From positions 1-64,000 of IMG/VR virus record IMGVR_UViG_3300032323_001428: a DNA stretch of 64,000 nucleotides. One strand, written 5' to 3'. Shown here in pieces: positions 18,678-28,158 of the stretch (position 1 is the first letter of the stretch; each line of letters starts with the position of its first letter). The DNA comes from a virus (Duplodnaviria > Caudoviricetes). The position numbers and the translations under genes were made by a program. The notes beneath the pieces were generated by a model, which was not told the origin of the DNA, did no database searches, and saw only the letters and a list, made by a program, of their open reading frames with translations.

Positions 18678-18705
18678 TAAAAAAAGAGACCTGTAAAGGT
18701 CTCTT
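18678..18705 (-). terminator. psbA terminator followed by a late promoter
   Basis: AAGAGACC-TTTACA-GGTCTCTT + T tract, running into TATAAATA. Confidence 0.75.
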
Positions 18706-18731
18706 CATTATATCACAATTTAGTGATTATA

Positions 18732-20020
<1,289 letters not shown>

Positions 20021-20029
20021 TTGAATTAA

Positions 20030-20165
20030 AGGGGTAGTAAATATGAGTTCGGGGGAACGAACTGGTGACATTATTCCTACACCACCCTCCAGTGTAGGTA
20101 AAAAGACGTATTTGAATTCCCATAGGTCTTGGTTATCGGGAATGTAAGAAATCGTAAAGTTTTAT
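20030..20165 (-). ncRNA. psbA 5' leader structured RNA (PhotoRC-II-like)
   Basis: Hairpins UUCCC..AACCAAGACC..GGGAA and CCUACAC-UGGAGGGUG-GUGUAGG upstream of psbA; family name from recall. Confidence 0.65.
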
Positions 20166-20185
20166 CTTGATTTCCTAACTTATTT

Positions 20186-20214
20186 AGTATAACAGAACCC
20201 TAATCAAGAGTCAA
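20186..20214 (-). promoter_or_regulatory. sigma70-type psbA promoter
   Basis: TTGACT-N17-TATACT, overlapping a late-like CTAAATA. Confidence 0.75.
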
Positions 20215-20814
20215 TCAGCATAAATACTCATCTTTATTTTTTCTGGACCAAGTATGAGACTGGCAGTGTTTCTTCATACTTTCACTTCTTTTATCTAAAC
20301 TTTCTTGAGAAAAAACTTGTTGTGCTCTTTTTTCCTTTATTTTCTGTTTTGCTTCTTCAGTATGAGATTTTCCTTCACAACCTTTTTGGGGTCCAGGTTT
20401 AAGATGTAGTTCATAATCAAACTTTGAGCATTCACAAATAGCCCTTTTGACTTGGTGTTCTTTTAGTCCAAGTAAATCAGCAACTTCTTTTCTTGATAAT
20501 CCTGATTGACGATATTTAAGAATAGAAAGTTCTTGTTGTGTTGGTTCAGTTTTCTTTGGAGGTTTGCCTCTTTTTTCAGTTGAGTTTCCTTTGCTTTTCT
20601 TTGCCCAGTTGATTGCTTGTTTATCGTGAATGAGTTTATGAGTTGCTGGATGATAAACATAAAGATGCTCTGGAATGTTTCTACCACCTTCACATCTTGG
20701 TGGATTATGATGAACATCAATACACTTCATCTGTTCATCAGTAAGTCCATAATGTTCTTGGGCAACCTTACGATAGTTATGCCTATCAGTAGAAAGAACA
20801 ATAGCAGAGCACAT
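20215..20814 (-). CDS. putative free-standing HNH-type homing endonuclease with HTH and NUMOD3
   Basis: DVHHNPPRCEGG.N...HL.....H...H, HTH segment, HTEEAKQKI. Confidence 0.7.
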   Translation of the reverse strand: MCSAIVLSTDRHNYRKVAQEHYGLTDEQMKCIDVHHNPPRCEGGRNIPEHLYVYHPATHKLIHDKQAINWAKKSKGNSTEKRGKPPKKTEPTQQELSILKYRQSGLSRKEVADLLGLKEHQVKRAICECSKFDYELHLKPGPQKGCEGKSHTEEAKQKIKEKRAQQVFSQESLDKRSESMKKHCQSHTWSRKNKDEYLC

Positions 20815-20888
20815 AAAAAACTCCAAACCTACTATTATTTAGGTAGGTTTGGAGTTGTAATGAAGTTTATGTTAATATTTTGTAATAA

Positions 20889-21056
20889 TCAAAAATTTAA
20901 CCCCTTAAATCCATCAATAATAGTTTTTAAATGTCCCTCGGCACTTTCTATATTAGAACCGGTTTTCTTTATTAATTCCATCAATTCATCATAACTTCTT
21001 CCAGATATTTCTGGGTCAAGAGGAACAGATTTGATAAATTCTTCTCTAGTAATCAT
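20889..21056 (-). CDS. 55-aa hypothetical protein (paralog of 17888..18043)
   Basis: Manual translation MITREEFIKSVPLDPEISGRSYDELMELIKK...AEGHLKTII. Confidence 0.55.
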   Translation of the reverse strand: MITREEFIKSVPLDPEISGRSYDELMELIKKTGSNIESAEGHLKTIIDGFKGLNF

Positions 21057-21083
21057 AAGTATTAAAAAATTATTTTAGTAAGA

Positions 21084-21353
21084 TTAATGTTTCATCCATT
21101 CACCATTTTCAACATCCCAATGCCTTCTATCATAAACTTGAAAATTAACAGTTGTGAAAAATAGTGAAATACTAGTCCAAAGTCCTGCGTGGTCTGTTTT
21201 GATAGTATATTTAAAATCAACTCCAAACAAAATATTATCTCTATTTACTTCAAATTCCCAGAACTTATGTTTAAGTGGAGTTTTGCCAGAAATAAAATAA
21301 ATGTTTTTAAAGTTGTCTATTGGCAGTTCAATTTTAAAATTTACTATAATCAT
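21084..21353 (-). CDS. hypothetical protein
   Basis: HK.WEFE, DHAGL, YD.RHWD motifs. Confidence 0.6.
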   Translation of the reverse strand: MIIVNFKIELPIDNFKNIYFISGKTPLKHKFWEFEVNRDNILFGVDFKYTIKTDHAGLWTSISLFFTTVNFQVYDRRHWDVENGEWMKH

Positions 21354-21374
21354 TATTTTTATAAATAAATGACG

Positions 21375-21521
21375 GTTACATTATGTCCTGCACCACCCTC
21401 CAGTGCAGGGATGAGAGATGCTTTACTTCTGATGATCTCGGTTACAGAAGGTTACGGAACGTAAAGATTTGTCTTTGTTTCCTGACTTATTTATCATAGC
21501 ACTGGGTGCCGGTGGTGTCAA
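21375..21521 (-). ncRNA. second, orphan copy of the psbA promoter + leader RNA
   Basis: TTGACA-N17-TATGAT, then CUUCUG..AACCGAGAUC..CAGAAG and CCUGCAC-UGGAGGGUG-GUGCAGG. Confidence 0.7.
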
Positions 21522-21526
21522 GGCAT

Positions 21527-21550
21527 AAAAAAGTCCCCTTTCGGGGACCG
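21527..21550 (-). terminator. intrinsic terminator
   Basis: GTCCCC-GAAA-GGGGAC followed by TTTTTT. Confidence 0.8.
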
Positions 21551-21554
21551 TAAA

Positions 21555-21761
21555 TCATTCTGCTACTTCTGGTAGTGGGATTTCTTCTGGTTCTGGTTCT
21601 GGAAGAGATACACCTGTTTGTGTAAGATACTCAATCGCACCTTGTACTTTTAGAAATAGTTCTCTTTTTACTGTAGCCTTAGTTTGTAGTCCTTCCAATT
21701 CAAGGGATAGGTCTTGTGCTTGCTTTACAAGATTTGCAAGATGTTCTTGTTGTTCGGTCAT
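21555..21761 (-). CDS. small coiled-coil hypothetical protein
   Basis: K.QGAIEYL motif; TATAAATA upstream. Confidence 0.65.
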   Translation of the reverse strand: MTEQQEHLANLVKQAQDLSLELEGLQTKATVKRELFLKVQGAIEYLTQTGVSLPEPEPEEIPLPEVAE

Positions 21762-21857
21762 AAAAAGTTAATAAATTTGATTTATTTATATTATACCACA
21801 AGTAGTCAAATATGAAAAATGGTGACGATAAATACTAATAGTCATTCACACAAGAAA

Positions 21858-22319
21858 ATGAAAAGACTTCTATTAGCCTTTTCGTTATTCTTTGCTATTC
21901 CTGTAAGTGCTGCTGAGATTACATCTAAAATTACTGATTCTGTTCAACTTAGCGTACAGGGTGCTGCGGTACAGTCAACAAGAATCGGGGCATCTTATGG
22001 TGTGTCGGGAACAAACATTACATCATCAGCATTTGGTGGAACAAGTGGTGCTGGAACTTATGATATCAATACATCAGGTCAGGCATTTAGTTTCTCGGAA
22101 AGTTTTACTGCTTCCGATGCTTTAGTTACCAACCAATCTTGGTCTGCTGGAGCCATTGCTTCTCCCAACCTTTATGGAGATAGTGTTACTCAGTTAGCAG
22201 GAGACAAAGGTTCTCTTGCTGGTACATTATCAGGAACTGGTGTTCCTACTATTACTGCTGGTGGTCCTGGTTCAACAGGAACAGCACAACGCACTATTGA
22301 ACTGAGCGTATTCAAATGA
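21858..22319 (+). CDS. secreted Ser/Thr/Gly-rich hypothetical protein
   Basis: Signal peptide MKRLLLAFSLFFAIPVSA; beta-rich mature region. Confidence 0.7.
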   Translation: MKRLLLAFSLFFAIPVSAAEITSKITDSVQLSVQGAAVQSTRIGASYGVSGTNITSSAFGGTSGAGTYDINTSGQAFSFSESFTASDALVTNQSWSAGAIASPNLYGDSVTQLAGDKGSLAGTLSGTGVPTITAGGPGSTGTAQRTIELSVFK

Positions 22320-22681
22320 GACACATAACTCCCGTTCTGCTTTTAGCAACGGGAGTCATTTGTACTCCTGCTTATGCTAATAGTGTTGTGCCTAATTTCA
22401 CCAGAGGAACTATCAATGCTACCACAGAATCAACTACACGGATTGTAGAAACCATACGCCAGGTGGAATACTCAACTGGCACATCTTATACTGTAACTGG
22501 AACCAATATTAATATTCCTGGCACTCCATCTCCTGGAGCAAACTACACCATTATAGACCAAGGTGCTCCGTTCCAATTTAGTGAGACATATCTCGGAACT
22601 GGATTGGCAAAAGAAACATGGATAGACAGAACTACAGAAACAAATTCAACTACTACATCAATCTCTGTATTTACACAGTAG
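22316..22681 (+). CDS. secreted Thr-rich hypothetical protein
   Basis: Signal peptide ending AYA, VVPNFT.G, GAPFQFSE, S.FTQ. Confidence 0.7.
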   Translation: MRHITPVLLLATGVICTPAYANSVVPNFTRGTINATTESTTRIVETIRQVEYSTGTSYTVTGTNINIPGTPSPGANYTIIDQGAPFQFSETYLGTGLAKETWIDRTTETNSTTTSISVFTQ

Positions 22682-23214
22682 TGTTGTCTGGTAGTGCGTT
22701 TGCTCAGAGCGCCCCAGCACCATCTAATACCAACATAGCAGGACCATCAGCATCGGCAACGGGTAACGTGACGAATCAGGCAGTACAGGTCTTACAAGGT
22801 CCTTACGCAATGAATACTTATGGTGGTGGTGTAAGTTGCCAGGGACCAACATTCTCACTATCTCCATTTGCTTTGAATAGTGGAAATGGTAGTGATGACC
22901 CAGAGACATTTGATTCAAGAAATTATAACTGGGGAATCTCTGCGGGTTTCAATATACCTTTGGATGGTATGTTGATGGAACTTTGTAAGTCAAGAGCAAA
23001 AGTAGAAATAGCAAGACAACAAAGTGAAGTTGAAAAAAGTCGTTTAGATTTTGAACTCGTGAGGGCAAGACTTTGTTTAGAAATGATAAGAAATGGTGGG
23101 TTTTTTCATCCACAAAGTCCTTATGGAAAAGTATGTGCTGATATAGTTGGCCCATCGCCTAATGGTTACTTAATGACTGGAAATGGTACGGTTGTTTCTA
23201 AAATTAAAAAATAG
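22618..23214 (+). CDS. secreted/outer-membrane-like hypothetical protein
   Basis: Signal-like SAFA, GGGVSCQGPT, RLDFELVR...C...HP.SPY..CADI. Confidence 0.7.
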   Translation: MDRQNYRNKFNYYINLCIYTVVLSGSAFAQSAPAPSNTNIAGPSASATGNVTNQAVQVLQGPYAMNTYGGGVSCQGPTFSLSPFALNSGNGSDDPETFDSRNYNWGISAGFNIPLDGMLMELCKSRAKVEIARQQSEVEKSRLDFELVRARLCLEMIRNGGFFHPQSPYGKVCADIVGPSPNGYLMTGNGTVVSKIKK

Positions 23215-23271
23215 GTTAGACTTTGAACTTCTAATTTTTATAAATAGTAGTAGAAGTTCAAAGTCTAACCT

Positions 23272-23871
23272 ATGGGTAAAATATACTTAATTATTAACAA
23301 TATTAATAATAAAATGTATGTAGGACAAACAAAACATTCAATAGAATGCAGATTTAGAGAACATCAGCAACCAAGTAAAAAAACTGCAATAACACAAGCA
23401 ATTCAAAAATACGGTAAAGAAAACTTCACAATTGAACTTTTGGAAGAATGTAGTATTCATAATCTTGATGAAAGAGAAACATTTTATATTGAAAAATACA
23501 ACTCATATAAAGAAGGATATAACAATACAATTGGTGGAGGGAGTCAGTACATATCTCACACACCAGAGGTAAAACAAAAATTAAGTATTGCTGCAAAAGG
23601 AAAACTTGTTGGAGATAAAAATCCAGCAAAAAGACCCGAAGTAAGAAAAAAAATTAGTGATTCACAAAAAAGAAGATTTGAAAGTGGTGAATGGAAAAGT
23701 CCAACAGAAGGTGGTCATACGCAAGAAGCATTGGAGAAAATGAGAGCAAATCAACCAGATAGAAGTGGTAAAAATAACTCTAGATATGGAGTGAAGATGA
23801 GTGAAGAAACTAAACAAAAAATTAGAGAAAAGCAATTAGCAGCACAAGCAAGAAAACGAAAAAATGAGTGA
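23272..23871 (+). CDS. free-standing GIY-YIG homing endonuclease (Seg-like)
   Basis: KIY.I.N..N.K.YVGQT...RF.EH, AI.KYG.ENF, E...I, GYN.T.GG, NUMOD3. Confidence 0.9.
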   Translation: MGKIYLIINNINNKMYVGQTKHSIECRFREHQQPSKKTAITQAIQKYGKENFTIELLEECSIHNLDERETFYIEKYNSYKEGYNNTIGGGSQYISHTPEVKQKLSIAAKGKLVGDKNPAKRPEVRKKISDSQKRRFESGEWKSPTEGGHTQEALEKMRANQPDRSGKNNSRYGVKMSEETKQKIREKQLAAQARKRKNE

Positions 23872-24586
23872 TATACCAACAATCAATACAGGTGGAATAG
23901 GTAATATAAAAAACAATACCAACCAAATTCCTAATGTTGGTATTGTTGGTAATAGTATTGTTCCAAGTTTAGAACCTCCCGTTGTAACATCAACTCCACA
24001 ACCACTCATTCGTAGTTTAGAATTACCTGTATTTCAAGCACCAGATACTTCACTCAAATATCCAATCATCAATGTTCCTACACAGGAAGAGTTTGATGCG
24101 GCAGTGAGAGCAGAGAAGAAGGCACAGGAGGATGAGAAGCAAGAGAAGTCTAGAGGTCTTCCTGATAGTCCACCACCTATACTACCTCCTCAAATTCAAC
24201 AAGTATTGCCTCAAGAAGATAAATCAAATGAAGATGCGATACTACCAGTAAACACTAATCTTGGAGTGCCTGTAATTGAAGTACCAATCATCGGGGAAGT
24301 TCCAATTCCTCCAAAAGAACAGGTTATACTTGCTGGCACCACTGCTACTGCTTCTGTTGCTGCGGCTCTTATTGGCAAATCTTTGGTGGAATGGATGGTA
24401 GGTAAAATGAAACCAATCATTCAACAGATACTTATAAGGGGTAAGAAACTCTTGAATAGAGACCTTACCCCATATGAATTACAACTCTACTTCACAGCAG
24501 AATTAGATAAGAAAAATCTTAAGTTACTTAAAAAAGAATGGAAGGAAGAAAAGAAAAGTCAATATAAAAAAGCACACGACAAATAA
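23864..24586 (+). CDS. Pro-rich hypothetical membrane-associated protein
   Basis: AGTTATASVAAAL hydrophobic segment; same module as 21858..23214. Confidence 0.65.
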   Translation: MSDIPTINTGGIGNIKNNTNQIPNVGIVGNSIVPSLEPPVVTSTPQPLIRSLELPVFQAPDTSLKYPIINVPTQEEFDAAVRAEKKAQEDEKQEKSRGLPDSPPPILPPQIQQVLPQEDKSNEDAILPVNTNLGVPVIEVPIIGEVPIPPKEQVILAGTTATASVAAALIGKSLVEWMVGKMKPIIQQILIRGKKLLNRDLTPYELQLYFTAELDKKNLKLLKKEWKEEKKSQYKKAHDK

Positions 24587-25000
24587 TTACTTCTTACGTT
24601 TAGATTCCAATAATGCAAAATCTTTTACTTTAGTATCACCCATATATGACCAGGCATATCCTTCATCAATCATCTGTTCATTGAGTGATGTTTCTTCATT
24701 ATTAATATACAATTTACCAAGAATTCTACCATACTTTTCGGTACTATCAGGTAGTTGTGTTTTGATTAAAATATCTTTAGCACCTTCTAATCTTTTTTTC
24801 AACCATTCTTTGACTTCTAATCCAAGTGCTTTTTCTTTGAGGTCTGTAGTACGACTTTCTGGAGTATCAATGCCAGCAAGACGTATTCTTTTTTCTAAAC
24901 TTATAGAGAACCCCAAATCAATATCAGCATCAATCGTATCCCCATCAACTACTTTTAAAATATTTTTAATTCTGTAAATATATGGGTCTTTATCCGCCAT
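24587..25000 (-). CDS. thermonuclease (SNase-like)
   Basis: VVDGDT, IDLGF, RIRLAGIDTPE, KYGRILG. Confidence 0.9.
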   Translation of the reverse strand: MADKDPYIYRIKNILKVVDGDTIDADIDLGFSISLEKRIRLAGIDTPESRTTDLKEKALGLEVKEWLKKRLEGAKDILIKTQLPDSTEKYGRILGKLYINNEETSLNEQMIDEGYAWSYMGDTKVKDFALLESKRKK

Positions 25001-25004
25001 TTTT

Positions 25005-25775
25005 TTAGTTTAAAATACTCTTACTATATATTCTTCCTATTACCCATTCTGAACTTGGGGATTCATCACTATTGAATAGTTTTTCAACTACACCATTATT
25101 CCACCACTTCCGTCCAGTCATATAATTTCTCCTCATATCCTTAAATTCCTGCGAACGAGGTATTCCTTTTTGAACTTCTCTTTGTTTTTCTATATGTTCT
25201 TTTGATTTTTTCTTTCCAGATAAAGCATTACTTATATTCCTTTTAGTTTCTTCCGAATGAGTTCTACCTTTTTGAGACTCACTCATTTTTCTTTTAGTTT
25301 CTTCTGAAATAATTTTACCTTTATTTGATTGACTCATCTTCATCTTATGTTCTTCAGAAAGAATTTTTCCCCTTTGAGAATCACTTATGCGTTTTTTAGT
25401 TTCTTCCGAATGAGTTCTACCTTTTTGAGACTCACTCATTTTTCTTTTAGTTTCTTCTGATGCGGTTCTTCCCTTATTAATTTCACTAAATTTTTTTCTT
25501 GTTTCACTACTTGGAACCCAACCAGAAGTTCCTTCACCACCATCAGTAAGATTTCTCAATATACCTGTCCCCAAATCCTTTCTACCATAAACAGAAATCA
25601 TATAAATTTCGTGTTTTATTGCTTCTTGTTCTGTTAGATTTCTTTTTAGATATATTATCCTATCTTTACTTGGTAAAGGCACAATTCTTTTTTTAACATA
25701 CAATCTAAACCCCTTACCTTTACCGATGTAATAAGGTGTTCCATCTTCCCGCAAATATGCGTAAGTGTAATACAT
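25005..25775 (-). CDS. free-standing GIY-YIG-like homing endonuclease with tandem NUMOD3 repeats
   Basis: [19 protein letters not shown]; repeated [14 protein letters not shown]. Confidence 0.85.
   Translation of the reverse strand: MYYTYAYLREDGTPYYIGKGKGFRLYVKKRIVPLPSKDRIIYLKRNLTEQEAIKHEIYMISVYGRKDLGTGILRNLTDGGEGTSGWVPSSETRKKFSEINKGRTASEETKRKMSESQKGRTHSEETKKRISDSQRGKILSEEHKMKMSQSNKGKIISEETKRKMSESQKGRTHSEETKRNISNALSGKKKSKEHIEKQREVQKGIPRSQEFKDMRRNYMTGRKWWNNGVVEKLFNSDESPSSEWVIGRIYSKSILN
25241..25460. repeat. exact 67-bp direct repeat, period 153 nt (NUMOD3 expansion)
   Basis: 25241..25307 is identical to 25394..25460. Confidence 0.85.
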
Positions 25776-25873
25776 TTCTACTCTGTTATGGTTCGCAATA
25801 CTATTTATACAAGAAAAGATGCCCGAAAGCACCTTTTCCACCTGATAGATGCGAACCACACAGGTATTGTTAT

Positions 25874-26248
25874 TTATCGTTCTTTCAAATCTTTATTATA
25901 AATTTCTCTTCTTTTAGTATTAGTATCTCCAATATCTTTATGAGATTTTACTGACCTTCTTGCTTGTCCAGTAGTCAGTCCAGTCCAATCTTTTTTAAAC
26001 TTATGTCTTTGTTTTCCTGAAACTTTTTTGCCACTTTCATCATCGTGTGCGATTTTTAACTTACCATATCTTTCCAAATTTTTATCAGATGGTGTTTTAT
26101 CTGGATTTTCAACTCCAGTAGATATTCTCTTTGTTCTGTTTTTCTCTCTTGGAGTAAATCCAGATTGAAGTGGTCTTTTTGGATTATCCCACTCTACTTT
26201 ACCTTCAACCAACTCGCATTCAGCAATAAACTCTCTAAAAGTTTTCAT
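25874..26248 (-). CDS. basic protein with a T4-type capsid-targeting N-terminus (putative internal head protein)
   Basis: [10 protein letters not shown] compared with the T4 IPIII CTS MKTYQEFIAE. Confidence 0.7.
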   Translation of the reverse strand: MKTFREFIAECELVEGKVEWDNPKRPLQSGFTPREKNRTKRISTGVENPDKTPSDKNLERYGKLKIAHDDESGKKVSGKQRHKFKKDWTGLTTGQARRSVKSHKDIGDTNTKRREIYNKDLKER

Positions 26249-26275
26249 CTGTATTGATTACTTTTTAGGTATTTA

Positions 26276-26488
26276 TTAGAATGGGAGTTTAAACTTCCCT
26301 GTATTTAGGTTAGGAATAGGTAATTTTTCCAATGCTTTACTGATCTGTTTCTCAACAACAGCACCTACAAAATCTTCTGGGTTGTTGAGAATTGCTTCTG
26401 CTTTCTTATAAGTCGTGTAAGCACCATAGCAAAGTGCTCCACTAATACTGAGACTTAGAATTGATAATGCTAATGCTATTTTATTCAT
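26276..26488 (-). CDS. small membrane-anchored hypothetical protein
   Basis: N-terminal hydrophobic helix. Confidence 0.6.
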   Translation of the reverse strand: MNKIALALSILSLSISGALCYGAYTTYKKAEAILNNPEDFVGAVVEKQISKALEKLPIPNLNTGKFKLPF

Positions 26489-26678
26489 TCCAGTTTTCCT
26501 CTTTGTGTATAAAAACTTTCAAATCTTTGACATACTTTCTTAGTATCTGTGCCTGTTCCTCATGCCAAAAATCACCCGTCTCCAAATGAAGACGGGTGTG
26601 GTTATCAATAGCCTTAAGTATTTGATGTATGGGTTTATTCCAACACTCACGTTTAGGAGTGTCCCACTCTCTTGCCAT
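26481..26678 (-). CDS. hypothetical protein
   Basis: REW.TP.RE.WN.PIH..LKAIDNH pattern. Confidence 0.65.
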   Translation of the reverse strand: MAREWDTPKRECWNKPIHQILKAIDNHTRLHLETGDFWHEEQAQILRKYVKDLKVFIHKEENWNE

Positions 26679-26687
26679 AATACCTCA

Positions 26688-26999
26688 TTATTTTTTACCT
26701 TTAAGTAGTGATTTAACTGCTCTTACTGGTCTTTCAAATGCTTGTCTAACTGCTGGTGTAGGTCCTGTTTTGACCATTTCGGGACTGAATGCTTTATGAG
26801 GTCTCCAACCCTTAATACCAGTTGCTCCTGCCTTATGTGCTTTGTCACTTCTGGTGAGTTGTTTTTTGTCATCATCCATCAATTCTTTCCAAGATGCTTT
26901 GTTCTCATTAGGAACTCTTTCATCTCTTCCTTTATTCCACCAATCTTTTGCTTTTTTTGCTAGATTTGCTTCAATAATAAATTCATTATAAGTCCTCAT
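26688..26999 (-). CDS. basic protein with a CTS-like N-terminus (putative internal head protein)
   Basis: MRTYNEFIIEA followed by a Lys-rich body. Confidence 0.65.
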   Translation of the reverse strand: MRTYNEFIIEANLAKKAKDWWNKGRDERVPNENKASWKELMDDDKKQLTRSDKAHKAGATGIKGWRPHKAFSPEMVKTGPTPAVRQAFERPVRAVKSLLKGKK

Positions 27000-27100
27000 T
27001 TTTTCTTTCCACCATTCTTTGCATTCTTTGCTGTAGCATTCCCTTGATTCTGTTTAGAACCATTGGAACCTTTCTTACCTTTGTTTGATGATTTTGCCAT
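26996..27100 (-). CDS. 34-aa Lys/Asn/Gly-rich peptide, not in ORF track
   Basis: MAKSSNKGKKGSNGSKQNQGNATAKNAKNGGKKK; overlaps both neighbours' start/stop codons. Confidence 0.5.
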   Translation of the reverse strand: MAKSSNKGKKGSNGSKQNQGNATAKNAKNGGKKK

Positions 27101-27450
27101 TAGACTCCACCTGTACGAGGTTGAACTTGTCCTTCCTCAAGTGCTTCAACTCTTTCTTCAAGAGATACTGATGTTTCAGCAATTGTTGAAACAGGTGATT
27201 CTAGTAAAACGGGTGGTTCTACAACTGTCTCAGTTCTTGGAAGTTCCTTTTTCTCATCATCATCATCTCCACCTTTCTTCATTGTATTAATACCAAAAGT
27301 GGCAGCAGAAGCAGTGAATACTGTAGCAATGAATGTGGGATCCATTTTAGCAAACATACCAGCATAACTTGCGGTAAGTAGTGCGGCAGACCAACTCAAA
27401 ATCACAACACGAATTAGTTGTCCCATACCATTTTCCTTTTTGTTGTTCAT
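27100..27450 (-). CDS. two-TM membrane protein (holin candidate)
   Basis: VILSWSAALLT and DPTFIATVFTASAATFGI; directly downstream of the lysozyme. Confidence 0.55.
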   Translation of the reverse strand: MNNKKENGMGQLIRVVILSWSAALLTASYAGMFAKMDPTFIATVFTASAATFGINTMKKGGDDDDEKKELPRTETVVEPPVLLESPVSTIAETSVSLEERVEALEEGQVQPRTGGV

Positions 27451-27468
27451 TTTTGTTAGTTTAATAGG

Positions 27469-28140
27469 TTAACCTTTTTTCCAAGATTCACCTTCTGCTT
27501 TTCTTCTACGAGCAAGTCCTGCTTCTACATTAGATCCAGGATTGCGGTAGAGGTATAAAGCATCTGGAACTTTGTCCCATTCTTTATTCTTCAGTGTGCG
27601 TGTAATAGTATTGAAATTATCACCACCATAAAAACCAGCACCAAGATTATAAGCAAAGGAGAGAAGTGCTCCTCTTTTGCCGTCAGACATTTCATTCCAG
27701 TGTGGAATTTTACGAAGTGATGGAAGAAACTGGTTCTTACATTGAGTAATCAATAACTCATCTGCTTCCTGTTGAGTGATGGTATCACCCATATGGAATG
27801 GTGATCCATCCTTCTTACGGGTAGTTCCCCAACCTATGGTGATTGGAAGTCCACCTGAAAGAGGATCTGGATATGCTTTGAGATGGCATCCTTCAAACTC
27901 TTTGATTAATTTAAGGCCCATCATAGGCATATCATCACCACCTGCTACAGGAGCGGTAGGACTAGCGGCAACCGCAGTTACCGCACTTCCCTTTTTTCCT
28001 CTATAAATCTCTGCCCAATCAATATTATCCTCAAGGTACTTAACAGGTAGGTTATCTTCTAACCATTGAACTGCTTTGATATGATTAGGGTTCTTCTCGT
28101 CATAAAACTTGAAGAAGTTGTGTAAGTCGATACGTGCCAT
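27469..28140 (-). CDS. GH24 lysozyme (endolysin) with an extra N-terminal domain
   Basis: LIKEFEG..L.AYPD...TIGWG, ALLSFAYNLG, GL.RRRKAE. Confidence 0.9.
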   Translation of the reverse strand: MARIDLHNFFKFYDEKNPNHIKAVQWLEDNLPVKYLEDNIDWAEIYRGKKGSAVTAVAASPTAPVAGGDDMPMMGLKLIKEFEGCHLKAYPDPLSGGLPITIGWGTTRKKDGSPFHMGDTITQQEADELLITQCKNQFLPSLRKIPHWNEMSDGKRGALLSFAYNLGAGFYGGDNFNTITRTLKNKEWDKVPDALYLYRNPGSNVEAGLARRRKAEGESWKKG

Positions 28141-28158
28141 TAGTTTTCTCCTTATGTA

